From assembly GCA_963725865.1 (NCBI GenBank), contig CAVSAC010000010.1, positions 1,094,922 to 1,158,921 on the forward strand: a stretch of 64,000 nucleotides of DNA, given 5' to 3'. Position numbers and translations under genes: made by a program. The first letter of the stretch is position 1; each line of letters starts with the position of its first letter. The notes beneath the pieces are model-generated. The model did not search any database and was not told where the DNA came from. It worked only from the letters and a program-made list of their open reading frames with translations. The DNA comes from Candidatus Eiseniibacteriota bacterium. Lineage in GTDB: Bacteria; Eisenbacteria; RBG-16-71-46. Shown piece by piece: positions 52,351 through 63,949 of the stretch.

Positions 52351-53316
52351 CTAGCGCGCGTCGCCGGGCGGCGCGTCGGCGTCGCCGCGCTCTGGCACCG
52401 CCGGCACCGCGCGCGGCCAGCGCAGCGACGCCCACACCGACACTCCCAGGATCGCCAGCACCACCGCGAGCGAGCCCAGGGCGGGCACCTGCACGAAGTC
52501 CGACACCATCATCTTGGTCCCCACGAACACCAGGATCGCCGACAGGCCGTGGTGCAGGTGGTGGAACATCCCGAGGAAGCCCGCGAGCGCGAAGTACAGC
52601 GCACGCAGCCCGAGGATCGCGAACGCGTTCGACGCGTAGACGATGAACGGGTCGCGCGTGATCGCCAGCACCGCGGGGATCGAGTCCACGGCGAAGATCA
52701 GGTCGGTGATCTCGACCATCAGCAGCACCACGAACAGCGGCGTGGCCAGCCAGCGCCGCGCCCGGCGCACGAAGAAGCGGTCGCCCTCGTAGCGCTCGGT
52801 CACCGGCATCACGCGGCGGAGCAGGCGGAGCAGCGGGTGCCTCGCGGGTTCCACGGGCGCCGCGTGCGGGCGCCACAGCCGCACGCCCGACACGACGAGG
52901 ACCGCGCCGAACACGTAGATCATCGCGTGGAAGCGCTCCATCAGCGCGACCCCGGCGAGAATGAACGCGAGCCGCATGACGAGCGCGCCGAGCAGCCCCG
53001 CGAACAGCACCCGGTGCTGCAGGCGCGCCGGCACCGCGAACGCCGAGAACAGCATCAGGAACACGAACAGGTTGTCGACGCTGAGCGATTTCTCGATCAG
53101 GTAGCCGGTCAGGAACTCGAGCCCCGCCTGCGGCCCGCGCCACCACCACAACAGCGCGTTGAATGCGAGCGCGAGCGCCACCCAGATTCCGCTCCACGCG
53201 AGCGCCTCGCGGAACCGGATGGCGTGCGGGCGCCGGTGGAACGCCAGCAGGTCCACGAGCAGCGTCGCGAGGATGAACGCATTGAGGCCGATCCACGGCC
53301 AGATCCCGACCGACAT
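52351..53316 (-). CDS. TerC/Alx-family membrane protein
   Basis: GYLIEKSLSVDNLFVF, DLIFAVDSIPA, SNAFAILGLRALYF. Confidence 0.93.
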   Translation of the reverse strand: MSVGIWPWIGLNAFILATLLVDLLAFHRRPHAIRFREALAWSGIWVALALAFNALLWWWRGPQAGLEFLTGYLIEKSLSVDNLFVFLMLFSAFAVPARLQHRVLFAGLLGALVMRLAFILAGVALMERFHAMIYVFGAVLVVSGVRLWRPHAAPVEPARHPLLRLLRRVMPVTERYEGDRFFVRRARRWLATPLFVVLLMVEITDLIFAVDSIPAVLAITRDPFIVYASNAFAILGLRALYFALAGFLGMFHHLHHGLSAILVFVGTKMMVSDFVQVPALGSLAVVLAILGVSVWASLRWPRAVPAVPERGDADAPPGDAR

Positions 53317-53598
53317 CGAGTGCCCCCGGCGGCCACGACCGCGCACGGACGGTCGGGGCGGATGGAGTGTCCGCGCGGCGGCGGTCGCCGCGGCTCGGGC
53401 CTAGGATGCATGCGGGGAGGGTGGAGTCACGCGCAACCGGACACGCACGCGGCCGACGGTGTCCGATCTGACGAGTCCCTGACGCGAGCGCTCGCTTCGT
53501 GACGACCGCTCGCGTCGTGGCGACGCGCTCGCCCTGCCGCGGCCGCAGCAGCCAGAGCCCGGGCTTCGAGTGCCGGCCGGACGCGGCCCCCCGCCGCG

Positions 53599-54240
53599 TC
53601 AGTCGCCCCAGGCGAACTCGACGTCGCGCTCCGGCAGGAAGTCGGTGGCCTCGAAGACCAGTCCGGACCGGCCGTCCACGGCGGCGGCGTGGAACGGGTA
53701 GCTCGCGCGGCGCAGCGTGGAGCCCGTCGGCAGGACCAGCTCGAAGCGCGCCGAGCGCAGCCGCCGCGACCAACTGTCGGCGCTGGTCACGATGTAGCGC
53801 GCGGAGCGCCCGCGCAGCGCTTGTCGATAGACCGCGGCGACCTCCAGGGTGTCGCCGCGGTCGGTGGGCAGCCGCCACGCGGCCGCGCACGGCTTTGCCA
53901 GCACCGCGAAGTCCACGGGCTGCCAGGTGCCGCGGGGCACCCGCGCCACGAGCGACACCATGCGAGCGCCACCCATCAGGCTGTCGTTCGGGAACGGATA
54001 GAGCACGGTGAAGCGCGCGCCCGCGGGGCCGCGGCCGAGGAAGCGATAGAAGCCGTTGACCTCGACCGAGTCCGCTTGGACGACGATGCGGACGACCTCG
54101 GAATCGAACTCGAGCGGCCGCGGTCGGGACCGGGCAGCTCCCGCGGCCGGCATCGCGGCTGCACCGGGGCCCGCGAGCCCGACGACGCAGGTGAGCGCCC
54201 CGATGGCGATTCGCACGGCCCTCGCCGCGCGCGCGCTCAT
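53599..54240 (-). CDS. Secreted hypothetical protein
   Basis: Signal peptide; FDSEVV, VLYPFP, ARYIVTS...W...L.SARF; ATGA overlap with the upstream gene. Confidence 0.65.
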   Translation of the reverse strand: MSARAARAVRIAIGALTCVVGLAGPGAAAMPAAGAARSRPRPLEFDSEVVRIVVQADSVEVNGFYRFLGRGPAGARFTVLYPFPNDSLMGGARMVSLVARVPRGTWQPVDFAVLAKPCAAAWRLPTDRGDTLEVAAVYRQALRGRSARYIVTSADSWSRRLRSARFELVLPTGSTLRRASYPFHAAAVDGRSGLVFEATDFLPERDVEFAWGD

Positions 54241-55118
54241 CGGTAGATGATCTTCAGCCGCCCCCAGCTGGGCCGGTCGGCGGGCACGATCACACCGTAG
54301 GGTGACACCGCCAGCCCGGCGATCTCGCGCATCCCATGGGCGGGGTCGCCGGCGAGCGGCGTCGCCGCGCCGGTGTCGCGGTCGAGCAGATAGAGGCGTC
54401 CCTGGTCGGTGGCGTCGCTGCCGCCGAACAGGTAGCGCGACGAGAACTCGATGCTGACGAGCCCCACGACCTGCGTGCTCCCCACCAGCGTGGCGGCGCC
54501 GCTCGTCGGGTCGATGGCGTACAGCAGCGACGGCGCTGGAGCGCATGAGGCGATGGCGTACAGCGTGAAGGTGTCATCGTCGAACGCGAGACCGCGGATT
54601 CCCGGCACGTCGACGGGTCCGATCGGATGGAACGCCCCCGAGCGCGGCTCGAGCGTACCGAGGATCGAGGCGTCGCACAGCCCGGTGGGGAACGTGGCGT
54701 AGAGCACGCTGCCGGCGTACTCGAGCGCGCTGAAGTCGAAGCCGTTCGCGACCGGCGGGGACAGTGCCGAGCACTGGCCCGTCCCCCAGAACGGATTGAA
54801 GAGCTGATCCATCCGGGTGCCCTCGCGGCCCTGCGCGACGCCGATTCCCTGCGCGAGGTCCACGGCGATGTCCGCGGCGCCGGTGGTACCGACTGTCGGC
54901 AGGTCGCACTGCGATTCCGCCCACCAGCTGGTCGGCAGCTGACCCTGGCTGCGCACCACGTAGAGCAGGTAGACGTGCCCGTCGCCGTCGCAGGCCTGGA
55001 GCGCGGGCGCGATCGGGTTGGCGTGCGCGGGTGCGGCGAGCAGCGCCGCCACCGCGAGGGAAGCGAGCAGGACGGGGAACGACCTCGAGCGGCGGGAACG
55101 AACCGTAGGCGCGTGCAT
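54237..55118 (-). CDS. Secreted beta-propeller-like protein with C-terminal SWGxxKxIYR tail
   Basis: GGAGG RBS; signal peptide ending PAHA; repeats LYAIDPTSGAAT / LYLLDRDTGAAT; ends RPSWGRLKIIYR. Confidence 0.72.
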   Translation of the reverse strand: MHAPTVRSRRSRSFPVLLASLAVAALLAAPAHANPIAPALQACDGDGHVYLLYVVRSQGQLPTSWWAESQCDLPTVGTTGAADIAVDLAQGIGVAQGREGTRMDQLFNPFWGTGQCSALSPPVANGFDFSALEYAGSVLYATFPTGLCDASILGTLEPRSGAFHPIGPVDVPGIRGLAFDDDTFTLYAIASCAPAPSLLYAIDPTSGAATLVGSTQVVGLVSIEFSSRYLFGGSDATDQGRLYLLDRDTGAATPLAGDPAHGMREIAGLAVSPYGVIVPADRPSWGRLKIIYR

Positions 55119-55285
55119 GCGCGACCTCCTCGGCCCATCGGTGGCCCGATGGCGAGTACGGCGAGGGCGTCGGCGGCGGGGGGCTCGCAAGTCGATGGGG
55201 ACGCCCTCCGCTTGCGAGTGCCGGGAGCTTACACCCGAGGGAGCGGAGCGGGAGAGCGCCGGCGAGGGGCGCTGGGGCATGAGGA

Positions 55286-55376
55286 TGGCGGAGAGAGTGG
55301 GATTCGAACCCACGAGGCGGTATAAGCGCCTACACGATTTCCAATCGTGCTCCTTCAACCACTCGGACATCTCTCC
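55286..55376 (-). tRNA. tRNA-Ser (GGA)
   Basis: GGAGAGATGTCCGAGTGG...TTGGAAA...long variable arm...GGTTCGAATCC...CTCCGCCA. Confidence 0.96.
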
Positions 55377-55606
55377 GCGCCGGCCGCTCCGTGGAAGGCC
55401 GCGCGCATGGATACCATGGCCGCCGCGACCGCGGCAAACCTGTTCGCGCGCGGATCCGGTGCGTCCGGCGGCGGCCCGCTGCGCGGACGCGACCGCGGCC
55501 ACCGCGGGCGCGGGCGTTCCCGGCCCCGGTGCCTTAGAATGTCCGCCGCTTCCCCATCCGGTCGGCGCTCGGTGCGCCGGCCGCTCCCGCATCGGAGATC
55601 CGGTCC

Positions 55607-56890
55607 ATGCTCGTTCGCCGCGCGTCGTCCTTCGGCACCACCTTCGTGCTCCTGCTGGTCCTCGTCGCCGGAATCGCACCGCGCGCCCGCGCCCAGGGCG
55701 GCGCGGTGCCGCCCTCGCACGGCGGCTCCGGAGGCCCCACGCTGCCGCCCGAGGACATCTCGCGGCTCAACGAGATGGCGGGCGACAGCGCGCGCGCCGG
55801 GGATGCCGTGAAGGAGATCCGGACCTTCCTCGCGCAGGAACCGCGCGGCATGTACCGGCAGTGGGCGTTCAACAACCTGTTGCTCGCGCAGCTGCGCCGT
55901 CACGCACCGATCGCCGACGTGACGGCGGCCGCCGAGAGCCTCGCCACCGTGCTGCCCTCCGACTACCAGCGCCGCGTGGGATTCTTCGCCGGACTCGCCG
56001 AGGTGCTCGCCGACCGCCCCGACGGAATCGCGCTCGGGCGCGAGTACGCGAAGAAGGCGATGGCGGAGGTGCCGCCCACGCCAGACGCGATGCCGGCGCT
56101 GGCGGTGGTGAAGGCGACCGAGGGTCTGCTGATGATGCGCAGCGGCGATGCCGCGGGCGCGATCACGGCCTTGCAGGAGGCGCTGCCCGACGCGCCCGAC
56201 AGCGTGCGGGTGCTGCGGCGGCTGGCCGAGGCCCACCAGCAGCTGAAGCGCGACGACGCCGCGATCGGCTATTACCTGCGCGCGCTCAGCGCGTTCCCGT
56301 TCGGCGACTCCACGGTGCGGGCACCGCTCGGCGAACTCTGGAATCGCCGCCACGGATCGCCGGCCGGACTCGACGAGCGCATCCGGGTCGCACGCGCGGC
56401 GGCGGTGCGCCACGAGGCGATCGACCAGCGCAAGGACGAACGCCCGGCCCCCGACTTCACGCTGCCGATGCTCGAGGACACCACGCGCACCGTCACCCTC
56501 GCTTCGTTCCGCGGCAAGGTGCTGGTGGTGGACTTCTGGGGCTCCTGGTGCGGTCCGTGCCGCATGGAGCTGCCGATGTTCGAGGCGCTCTACCAGAAGT
56601 ACCGCGGCCGCGAAGACGTCGCGTTCCTCGGCGTCAACTGGGAGCGCCAGGGCTCGGTCGCCGACCGCATCGGCAAGGCGAGCGCCTACATGAAGGAGAG
56701 CCAGTACTCCTTCCCCACCGCCACCTGCATCGATGCGACGGCCGCCGCGGTGCGCGCGTTCGACGTGCAGGGATTCCCGACCGTCTACGTGGTGGATCGC
56801 TCCGGGAAGATCCGCTACGTGAACCGCGGCTTCGCGCCCGGCGTGGACGAGCTGTTCGAGGCCCAGATCCAATCGCTGCTCGGCAAGTGA
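55607..56890 (+). CDS. TlpA-family thiol-disulfide oxidoreductase with N-terminal TPR region
   Basis: Signal peptide; TPR helices; APDFTL, VDFWGSWCGPC.MELP, GFPTVYVVDRSG. Confidence 0.88.
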   Translation: MLVRRASSFGTTFVLLLVLVAGIAPRARAQGGAVPPSHGGSGGPTLPPEDISRLNEMAGDSARAGDAVKEIRTFLAQEPRGMYRQWAFNNLLLAQLRRHAPIADVTAAAESLATVLPSDYQRRVGFFAGLAEVLADRPDGIALGREYAKKAMAEVPPTPDAMPALAVVKATEGLLMMRSGDAAGAITALQEALPDAPDSVRVLRRLAEAHQQLKRDDAAIGYYLRALSAFPFGDSTVRAPLGELWNRRHGSPAGLDERIRVARAAAVRHEAIDQRKDERPAPDFTLPMLEDTTRTVTLASFRGKVLVVDFWGSWCGPCRMELPMFEALYQKYRGREDVAFLGVNWERQGSVADRIGKASAYMKESQYSFPTATCIDATAAAVRAFDVQGFPTVYVVDRSGKIRYVNRGFAPGVDELFEAQIQSLLGK

Positions 56891-56918
56891 GCCGCGGCGC
56901 CACCCGGCGCTCATGACG

Positions 56919-56952
56919 GACGAGGCGCCTCGCTCGCGCGGGGCGCCTCGTT
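56919..56952. terminator. Hairpin between convergent tlpA-like and DUF2231 genes
   Basis: acgaggcgcctcgc...gcggggcgcctcgt inverted repeat. Confidence 0.5.
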
Positions 56953-57081
56953 CCGTTGGGGTCCGTGCGCAGCGGGCCGCGGACGTGCTGACGGCGGCGC
57001 CGGGGAGCACGCCGCCGCGCGGGCCGATGCGCGGCCCGCTCACCCGTGACGTGCGGGGGACACGTCCCGGGTCGGGGGATC

Positions 57082-57660
57082 CTAGTTGCGGCCTCCGAAT
57101 TCCTGAGCTTCGTCCGACTCCTCGCGCGCGGAGCCGCCCCCATCGGCGGTGCGCTGAGCGCTGCTGGCCGGCGCGAGGGAAGCCCGCACGCCGAACTCGT
57201 GCACCAGACGTCCACCTTGATGCGCGGTGCCGACCAGGATGAGGGCGCCGCCGCCGTAGAGCGCGAGGAAGATGACCGTCGCCGTGACCGACACGGTGCG
57301 CGACAGCGGGCGACGGAGCACCAGCGGCGCGAGCACGAGCGTGGCGAACATCAGCGAGAGCGCGGTGAACACATTGCGGGTGGTCTCGGCCATCTCCTCG
57401 TGCTCTTCGAGCACCGCCTTCGCGCTCGCGACGCTGTGCTCGGCCCGCTCGCCGGCGGCTTCGCCGGTGGAGACCGAGACGTACGCCGCGGCGGTGCCCA
57501 GGGACATGATCAGCAGACCGGCGATCGCCCACGGGCGCGCGGTCCTGACGAACAGACTGATCGCGATCAGCAGCGGGGCGACGAGCAGGAGCGCGATCGG
57601 GAAATGAGTGACGAGCGGGTGGAGGCCTTCCCAGGCGGGTATTGGAGGCAGGAGATTCAT
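57082..57660 (-). CDS. DUF2231-family membrane protein (His-ligated, possibly heme-binding)
   Basis: LHPLVTHFPIAL, TGE.A, EEHEEMA, TAHQGGRLVH. Confidence 0.8.
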   Translation of the reverse strand: MNLLPPIPAWEGLHPLVTHFPIALLLVAPLLIAISLFVRTARPWAIAGLLIMSLGTAAAYVSVSTGEAAGERAEHSVASAKAVLEEHEEMAETTRNVFTALSLMFATLVLAPLVLRRPLSRTVSVTATVIFLALYGGGALILVGTAHQGGRLVHEFGVRASLAPASSAQRTADGGGSAREESDEAQEFGGRN

Positions 57661-57828
57661 CGATCGCTCCTCTGGAATATCGGGTGATGCGGGGTACGTT
57701 TCCCGGTGGCGCCGCCGGCCACTTCGGCGAACCTCCATGGCCAGGCGGCTTCCCCCCCACCGGGATCACGATCGACCGCGCCGCGAGGAGTCGCGCGCGG
57801 GCCGCAACCGTTCGCTCATTGGGATAGG

Positions 57829-57843
57829 GCAATCCGCGTGCCG
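57829..57843 (-). promoter_or_regulatory. sigma54 (-24/-12) promoter upstream of DUF2231
   Basis: CGGCACGCGGATTGC with correct GG-N10-GC spacing. Confidence 0.7.
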
Positions 57844-57913
57844 CCCGTTCGATGAAAACGCTCCCATGGGCTCAACAGCTTAGCGACGCGGCAGCAGGCA
57901 CGGGGCTCGTTGC

Positions 57914-57960
57914 GTATGAGGATTCGTACAGAATCGCCTGCCTTGCTCGAATCCTCGTAC
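57914..57960. promoter_or_regulatory. Candidate enhancer (UAS) inverted repeat for the NtrC-like activator
   Basis: gtatgaggattcg-N21-cgaatcctcgtac (12/13 complementary), 70-120 bp upstream of the sigma54 site. Confidence 0.55.
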
Positions 57961-58013
57961 ACGCCGGCGATTCGCGTCCGCAGGCTCCGCGGGGGCCGAC
58001 GCCGGTGAGCGAG

Positions 58014-59404
<1,391 letters not shown>

Positions 59405-59420
<16 letters not shown>

Positions 59421-60742
59421 GCATCCCCCTGGCCGCGCCGGATGCACGCCACGCAGCGCGGCAGCGCGATCTCGAAGCGCACGCGGCCCGGCTCGTTGGC
59501 GCCGAGCTGCAGCTCGCCGCCGTGGGCGCGCGCGATGTTGCGGGCGATCGGCAGCCCCAGGCCGGTGCCGCCGGCGCGGGTGGTGAAGAACGGCTCGAAG
59601 ATCCGCGCCACCGCTTCCGCCGGCACGGCGGGCCCATCGTTCTCGACCCACACCACGAGGCGCTCGGGCTCGGGGGCCGACGCCCCCAGCTGCACGTGGC
59701 CGCCGGGCGGTGTGTGCTCGAGCGCGTTGGTCACCAGATTGAGGAGCGCCTGGTGGAACTGGTGCGGGTCGACCGACGCGCACAGGCGCTGCACGTCGTG
59801 CGCGACGATCTCGAGCCGCCGCTCCCCGGCGCGGGCGCGCGCCAGCTCCGTCACGTAGCCGAGCGCCTGCTCCACCGATGTGGGCCGCCGCTCCGGCGCG
59901 CGCGTGCGCGCGTAGGCGAGGAAGTCGGTCGTCAACCGTTCGAGCCGCGCGGATTCCTCGGTGGCGACGTCGAACATCTGGCGCCGCTGCGACTCCGCGA
60001 GGCCCTCGCGCCGCGCGGCGGCCAGCGACGAGGAGATCATCGCCACCGGGTTGCGGATCTCGTGCGCGATCGCGCTCGAGAGCCGGCCCACCGCCGCCAG
60101 CTTCTCCTCGGCCACCAGCCGGTCGCGGGCGTGCTCCAGCTCGTCGAGGCTCGCGCGCAGCTGCGCCTGACCGCGGCGGTCGGACTCGGCGAGCAGCCAC
60201 ACCACCACGCCCAGCACCGCGAACACGATCCACGTCACGCCCGCCTCGAACAGCTCCATCGTCACCGGGGGCGGATGCAGGACGAACCAGTACGTGACGT
60301 CGAAGTAGTGCAGCCCGCCGGCGATCAGCACCACCAGCACCGTGCCCATCAGCGAGTAACGATGGCCGGCCGAGACGATCGCGGGCACCATCAGCACGAA
60401 GTAGTGATGCTCGTCCGCCTCGCCGAAGAACGACGCCAGCGCGGCGCCGAAGATGGTCGTCCCGATCGAGAGCGTCGAGTAGAGCCAGGCCACGCGGGGC
60501 GACGGCCGCTGCTGCAGTCCCTGCACCCATAGCAGCCCGGTCGTCTGCAGCACGAACAGGGCGGTGAGCACCCACACCAGCAGCGGCCGCGGCGGCCCCA
60601 GGTGCCCGACGAAGCCGATGTGCATCAGGAACACCGCGGCGATCACCGCCAGGTTCACGAGCGCGAGCGCGTTCTCGCGGCGGCGGTAGGCATCCAGATC
60701 CAGCGCCGGATCGAGTGGGTAGCCTTCGAAGAGCGTGCGCAT
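59405..60742 (-). CDS. Membrane-bound sensor histidine kinase
   Basis: Multiple TMs; H-box AHEIRNP; NLVTNA, NDGP, FEPFFTT, GTGLGL. Confidence 0.93.
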
Positions 60743-60849
60743 GAGGGGTGAAGGCTACGCCGCACGCACGCGCACCGGCAAGCGCCGCGCGACTGCCGCG
60801 CGACTGCGGTAGGCTGCAGCCCTCTCACGACCACCCTGGAGGTGACCCG

Positions 60850-61401
60850 ATGCACGCCTGGCACGACGTCCCGTGGGGACGCGATGTGCGCGAGTACGTC
60901 AACGTGGTGATCGAGATCCCCGAGGGCTCGAAGGTGAAGTACGAGCTCGACAAGGCCACCGGGCTGCTGCTCACCGACCGCGTGCTCTACTCCGCCGTGC
61001 GCTACCCGGCGAACTACGGCTTCATCCCCCAGACCTACTGCGGCGACGGCGACCCGCTGGACGTGCTCATGCTGTGCCAGGAGGCCATCGTGCCGCTGGC
61101 GATGGCGCGCGCGCGACCGATCGGCATGATCCCGATGCGCGACGACAAGGGCGAGGACGACAAGATCATCGCCGTCCACCTCGATGATCCGCAGTTCTCC
61201 GACTACCACGACATCACCGAGATCCCGCGCCACATGCTGGCCGAGTTGAAGCGCTTCTTCATCGACTACAAGGCGCTCGAGCGCAAGCAGGTCGAGATCG
61301 ATTCGCTGCGTGGCCACGAGGAGGCCGCGCACGTCATCGAAACCGCGCTCGCCCTCTACGCGAGCCAGCGCGACGAGCTGCGGAAGACCAGCATCCGGTA
61401 G
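60850..61401 (+). CDS. ppa: Inorganic pyrophosphatase (family I)
   Basis: EIPEGSKVKYE, YPANYGFIPQT, DGDPLDV, DDKIIAV, FFIDYK. Confidence 0.96.
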   Translation: MHAWHDVPWGRDVREYVNVVIEIPEGSKVKYELDKATGLLLTDRVLYSAVRYPANYGFIPQTYCGDGDPLDVLMLCQEAIVPLAMARARPIGMIPMRDDKGEDDKIIAVHLDDPQFSDYHDITEIPRHMLAELKRFFIDYKALERKQVEIDSLRGHEEAAHVIETALALYASQRDELRKTSIR

Positions 61402-61440
61402 GGAGTCGGATCGGCGAGCCCAGGAGAGGGCGTGCGTCGA

Positions 61441-61475
61441 CGTGGGTCGGGGCCCCGCGACGGCCCCGACCCACG
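61441..61475. terminator. Bidirectional hairpin terminator
   Basis: Perfect 14-bp stem cgtgggtcggggcc-N7-ggccccgacccacg between convergent genes. Confidence 0.65.
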
Positions 61476-61486
61476 GAGCGTTCACC

Positions 61487-62152
61487 CTATCGCTGACCGG
61501 CCACGCCCGCCCGCAGCGTGCGCGTGCGGTCGATCCACACGAAGATCGCGAGCGAGACCGCGATCATGGTCAGCGACATGGTGGTGATCGCGCTCACGCT
61601 CGGCGGCACCGCGCGGGAGCTGTAGCCGAGCGCCAGCAGTGCGACCAGCAGCCACAGCGAGACGTGTCCCATCCAGTTCCGCGCGCGGGTGGCGCTCAGG
61701 TAGAGCCCGAGCCCGATCACGAACATCGCGATCTCGACCGCCATCGTGGCCGGGATCGAGTTCCACAGCCCCAGCCCCACCTTGGTGGCGAGCCCCGGCG
61801 CGATCGGCATGTCGGGGCGGTGGCTGATCCAGTCGAGCACCCAGTGGCTGAACACCAGCACGCCGACCCAGAGCGCGCCCATGTCGTAGCGGGTGCGCCA
61901 ACGGTAGATCAGCGCGAACAGCGCCGACCACACCAGCGCCATGACCAGGCTGTGCGAGATCGGGTAGCTGAGGAAGTCGAGCGGCGTGAACGCCGTGATG
62001 CCGGGCGCGATGGCCACCTTCTCGACTCCGATGGCCACCAGCACGGGCCACACGATGTCGAGGAAGATCGCGGCACTCAGGAGCACGGTGAGCGAGGTGC
62101 GCGGCGCGGCGCGCTTGGCCGCGAAGCCGACCGCGAAATGTCCGATGAACAT
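61487..62152 (-). CDS. Membrane-bound metal-dependent hydrolase-like protein
   Basis: MFIGH, LDIVWP, YPISHSL, SHWVLDWISHRPD. Confidence 0.75.
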   Translation of the reverse strand: MFIGHFAVGFAAKRAAPRTSLTVLLSAAIFLDIVWPVLVAIGVEKVAIAPGITAFTPLDFLSYPISHSLVMALVWSALFALIYRWRTRYDMGALWVGVLVFSHWVLDWISHRPDMPIAPGLATKVGLGLWNSIPATMAVEIAMFVIGLGLYLSATRARNWMGHVSLWLLVALLALGYSSRAVPPSVSAITTMSLTMIAVSLAIFVWIDRTRTLRAGVAGQR

Positions 62153-62211
62153 GGGAGCCTCCGGGCGAGCCGCGTGGAGCCACGGCCCGCCGGGTCGAGT
62201 CCGCGGCCGCG

Positions 62212-63876
62212 CTAACGGACGACGCTCAATCGTGCGGTCGCCCGCCGCTCGCCCTGCACCAGGCGCACGGTGTAGACGCCGGGCGCCAGCGGCGCCGACC
62301 CCACGAGTCGGATGAGATGCTCGCCCGGCTGCGGCGATTCCACGCGCGCCGCGCGCACGCGGCGGCCGAGCAGGTCAAACAGCTCGAGCGCAGCGGGCGC
62401 GTCGCTCGCCAGCGCGAACGCCACCACCGGATCCCCGCCCGCGAGCGGATTGGGGCGCGCGCCGTGCAGCGCGAAGTCCGCGCGCCGCGGCACCTCGACC
62501 CAGGTCGCGGGAGTGACCGCGCCGCCGTCCAGTTGCAGGCGGTACGCGTAGCGCTCGCCCGGCGTCACCGCGTGGTCCTCGAACACCACCCGCTCGTCGC
62601 CGTCGACCGCGCGCGTGCCGACCGTCGCCCAGTCGCTCGTCTCGGTGCGGCGCTCGATCGACGCGTAACCGCTCGCGCCACCCGCGCTCCACACCAGCCG
62701 CACGCCCTCGGGGCGCGCCTCGGCGCTCACCAGCGCCGCCGCCACCGGCGTGATCTGGTCGAACTCGCCGGTGTCGTGGAAGCGCTGCGCGCGGTTCGCG
62801 TCGCCCTGCAGCGAATCGATCGCGCCGCCGCCGAGCAGCGCGAAGTCCACCGTGATCGAGTCGCCCGGCGCCAGCGCCGCGAACGGCCCCAGCGCCAGCA
62901 GCTCGACCGGATCGCTGAACTGCGGCGGCAGCGCGCCAAGGTCCGCGATGGTACCGCTGCTCATCAGGGCGTAGCGCTCGATGTCCTCGTCGCGCGTCAC
63001 GTCGCCCGGCGCGTACGACCACGCGGCGAGCGTGACCGCCTGCCCCGCGGTCGGACGCGTGAGCAGCTTGAGCCCCACCCACGGCGGCACGGCTGCGAGA
63101 TTGCAGCCGGACGGGATCGGCAGGTTGGCGCAGTAGTGCTCGCGCACCAGGCGCATCGTGTCGTCGTAGGCCACCCACTTCTTGGAGTACCACGACCCCG
63201 GCCCGCACGAGGAGGATGGCGGCCAGCACGTGTACGCGTTCCGGTTGCCGCTCGCGAACTCGGTGTGCACGCCCGCCCACAGGCTGGTGAGCGGATTGGC
63301 GCCGGTGTTCTGGATCACGAAGCGCAGGAACAGCACGTGTCCGTAGTCCGGCGTGTCCCAGCCATACACGCGCTGGTTCACGGTCACGCCCATCGGGCGG
63401 TGGTTCTCCGAGCTGCCGGACGGGCGCTTGGCCACGTGATCGTCGTAGGTGCTCAGCACGTCGAGGTCGCTGACCGCGGCCGGCGAGTAGTACGGGTTCG
63501 CCACGATGCGCGAGCGGCGCGTGAGCTCGGCGGTGGGCGTCCACTCGGTGAGCGATGACGTCGCGGTCCCGACCGATGCGTCGATCGCCCCCGTCACCAC
63601 GCCGGCAAACGGACCCACGTCGTCGGCGGCCGTGGCGCCGATCCACAGCCCCGCGATGGGAAGGTGCTCGTAGCCGCTGCCGCGCGGGTACTCGAACGAC
63701 GCGACCGACGAGCTGAAGTTGTTGCCGAAGATCCCGTAGTTCGTGATCGTCAGCCCGAGCGGGTTGGCGGAGTCGAGCACCGATTGAAAGGGAGCCTGCG
63801 CGACGGACGACGCGGGAGCGATGGCGGCGAGGAGCGCGGCGGAGGCGAGGGCGACCAGGAGGCTGCGGCGCGGCAT
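62212..63876 (-). CDS. Secreted protein with C-terminal T9SS type-A-like sorting domain
   Basis: Signal peptide; ITNYG.FG, FEYPRGSG.EHL..AGLWIG, GPF..LAPGDS; tail RPNP...LFDLLGRRV...PGVYTVRL. Confidence 0.8.
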   Translation of the reverse strand: MPRRSLLVALASAALLAAIAPASSVAQAPFQSVLDSANPLGLTITNYGIFGNNFSSSVASFEYPRGSGYEHLPIAGLWIGATAADDVGPFAGVVTGAIDASVGTATSSLTEWTPTAELTRRSRIVANPYYSPAAVSDLDVLSTYDDHVAKRPSGSSENHRPMGVTVNQRVYGWDTPDYGHVLFLRFVIQNTGANPLTSLWAGVHTEFASGNRNAYTCWPPSSSCGPGSWYSKKWVAYDDTMRLVREHYCANLPIPSGCNLAAVPPWVGLKLLTRPTAGQAVTLAAWSYAPGDVTRDEDIERYALMSSGTIADLGALPPQFSDPVELLALGPFAALAPGDSITVDFALLGGGAIDSLQGDANRAQRFHDTGEFDQITPVAAALVSAEARPEGVRLVWSAGGASGYASIERRTETSDWATVGTRAVDGDERVVFEDHAVTPGERYAYRLQLDGGAVTPATWVEVPRRADFALHGARPNPLAGGDPVVAFALASDAPAALELFDLLGRRVRAARVESPQPGEHLIRLVGSAPLAPGVYTVRLVQGERRATARLSVVR

Positions 63877-63949
63877 GGCGACCAGCTTTCCGGGGGAGCA
63901 TCCGAGGATCGCGGGACCCGCCGTGGCCCGCGTGGGCCAGCGAGAACAC

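Noticed and set aside
53317..53598. yybP-ykoY (Mn) riboswitch expected upstream of terC, and a hammerhead-like CTGACGA at about 53468
   Set aside because: The GGGGAGTAGC/CAATAC-type riboswitch core is not present on the minus strand, and the hammerhead GAAA partner is missing. Only a generic GC hairpin is visible.
55119..55376. Integrative element at tRNA-Ser(GGA) or at the tRNA-Ser at 63950
   Set aside because: No integrase and no duplicated tRNA 3' end. The similarity between 55286 and 63950 reflects two genuine Ser tRNAs.
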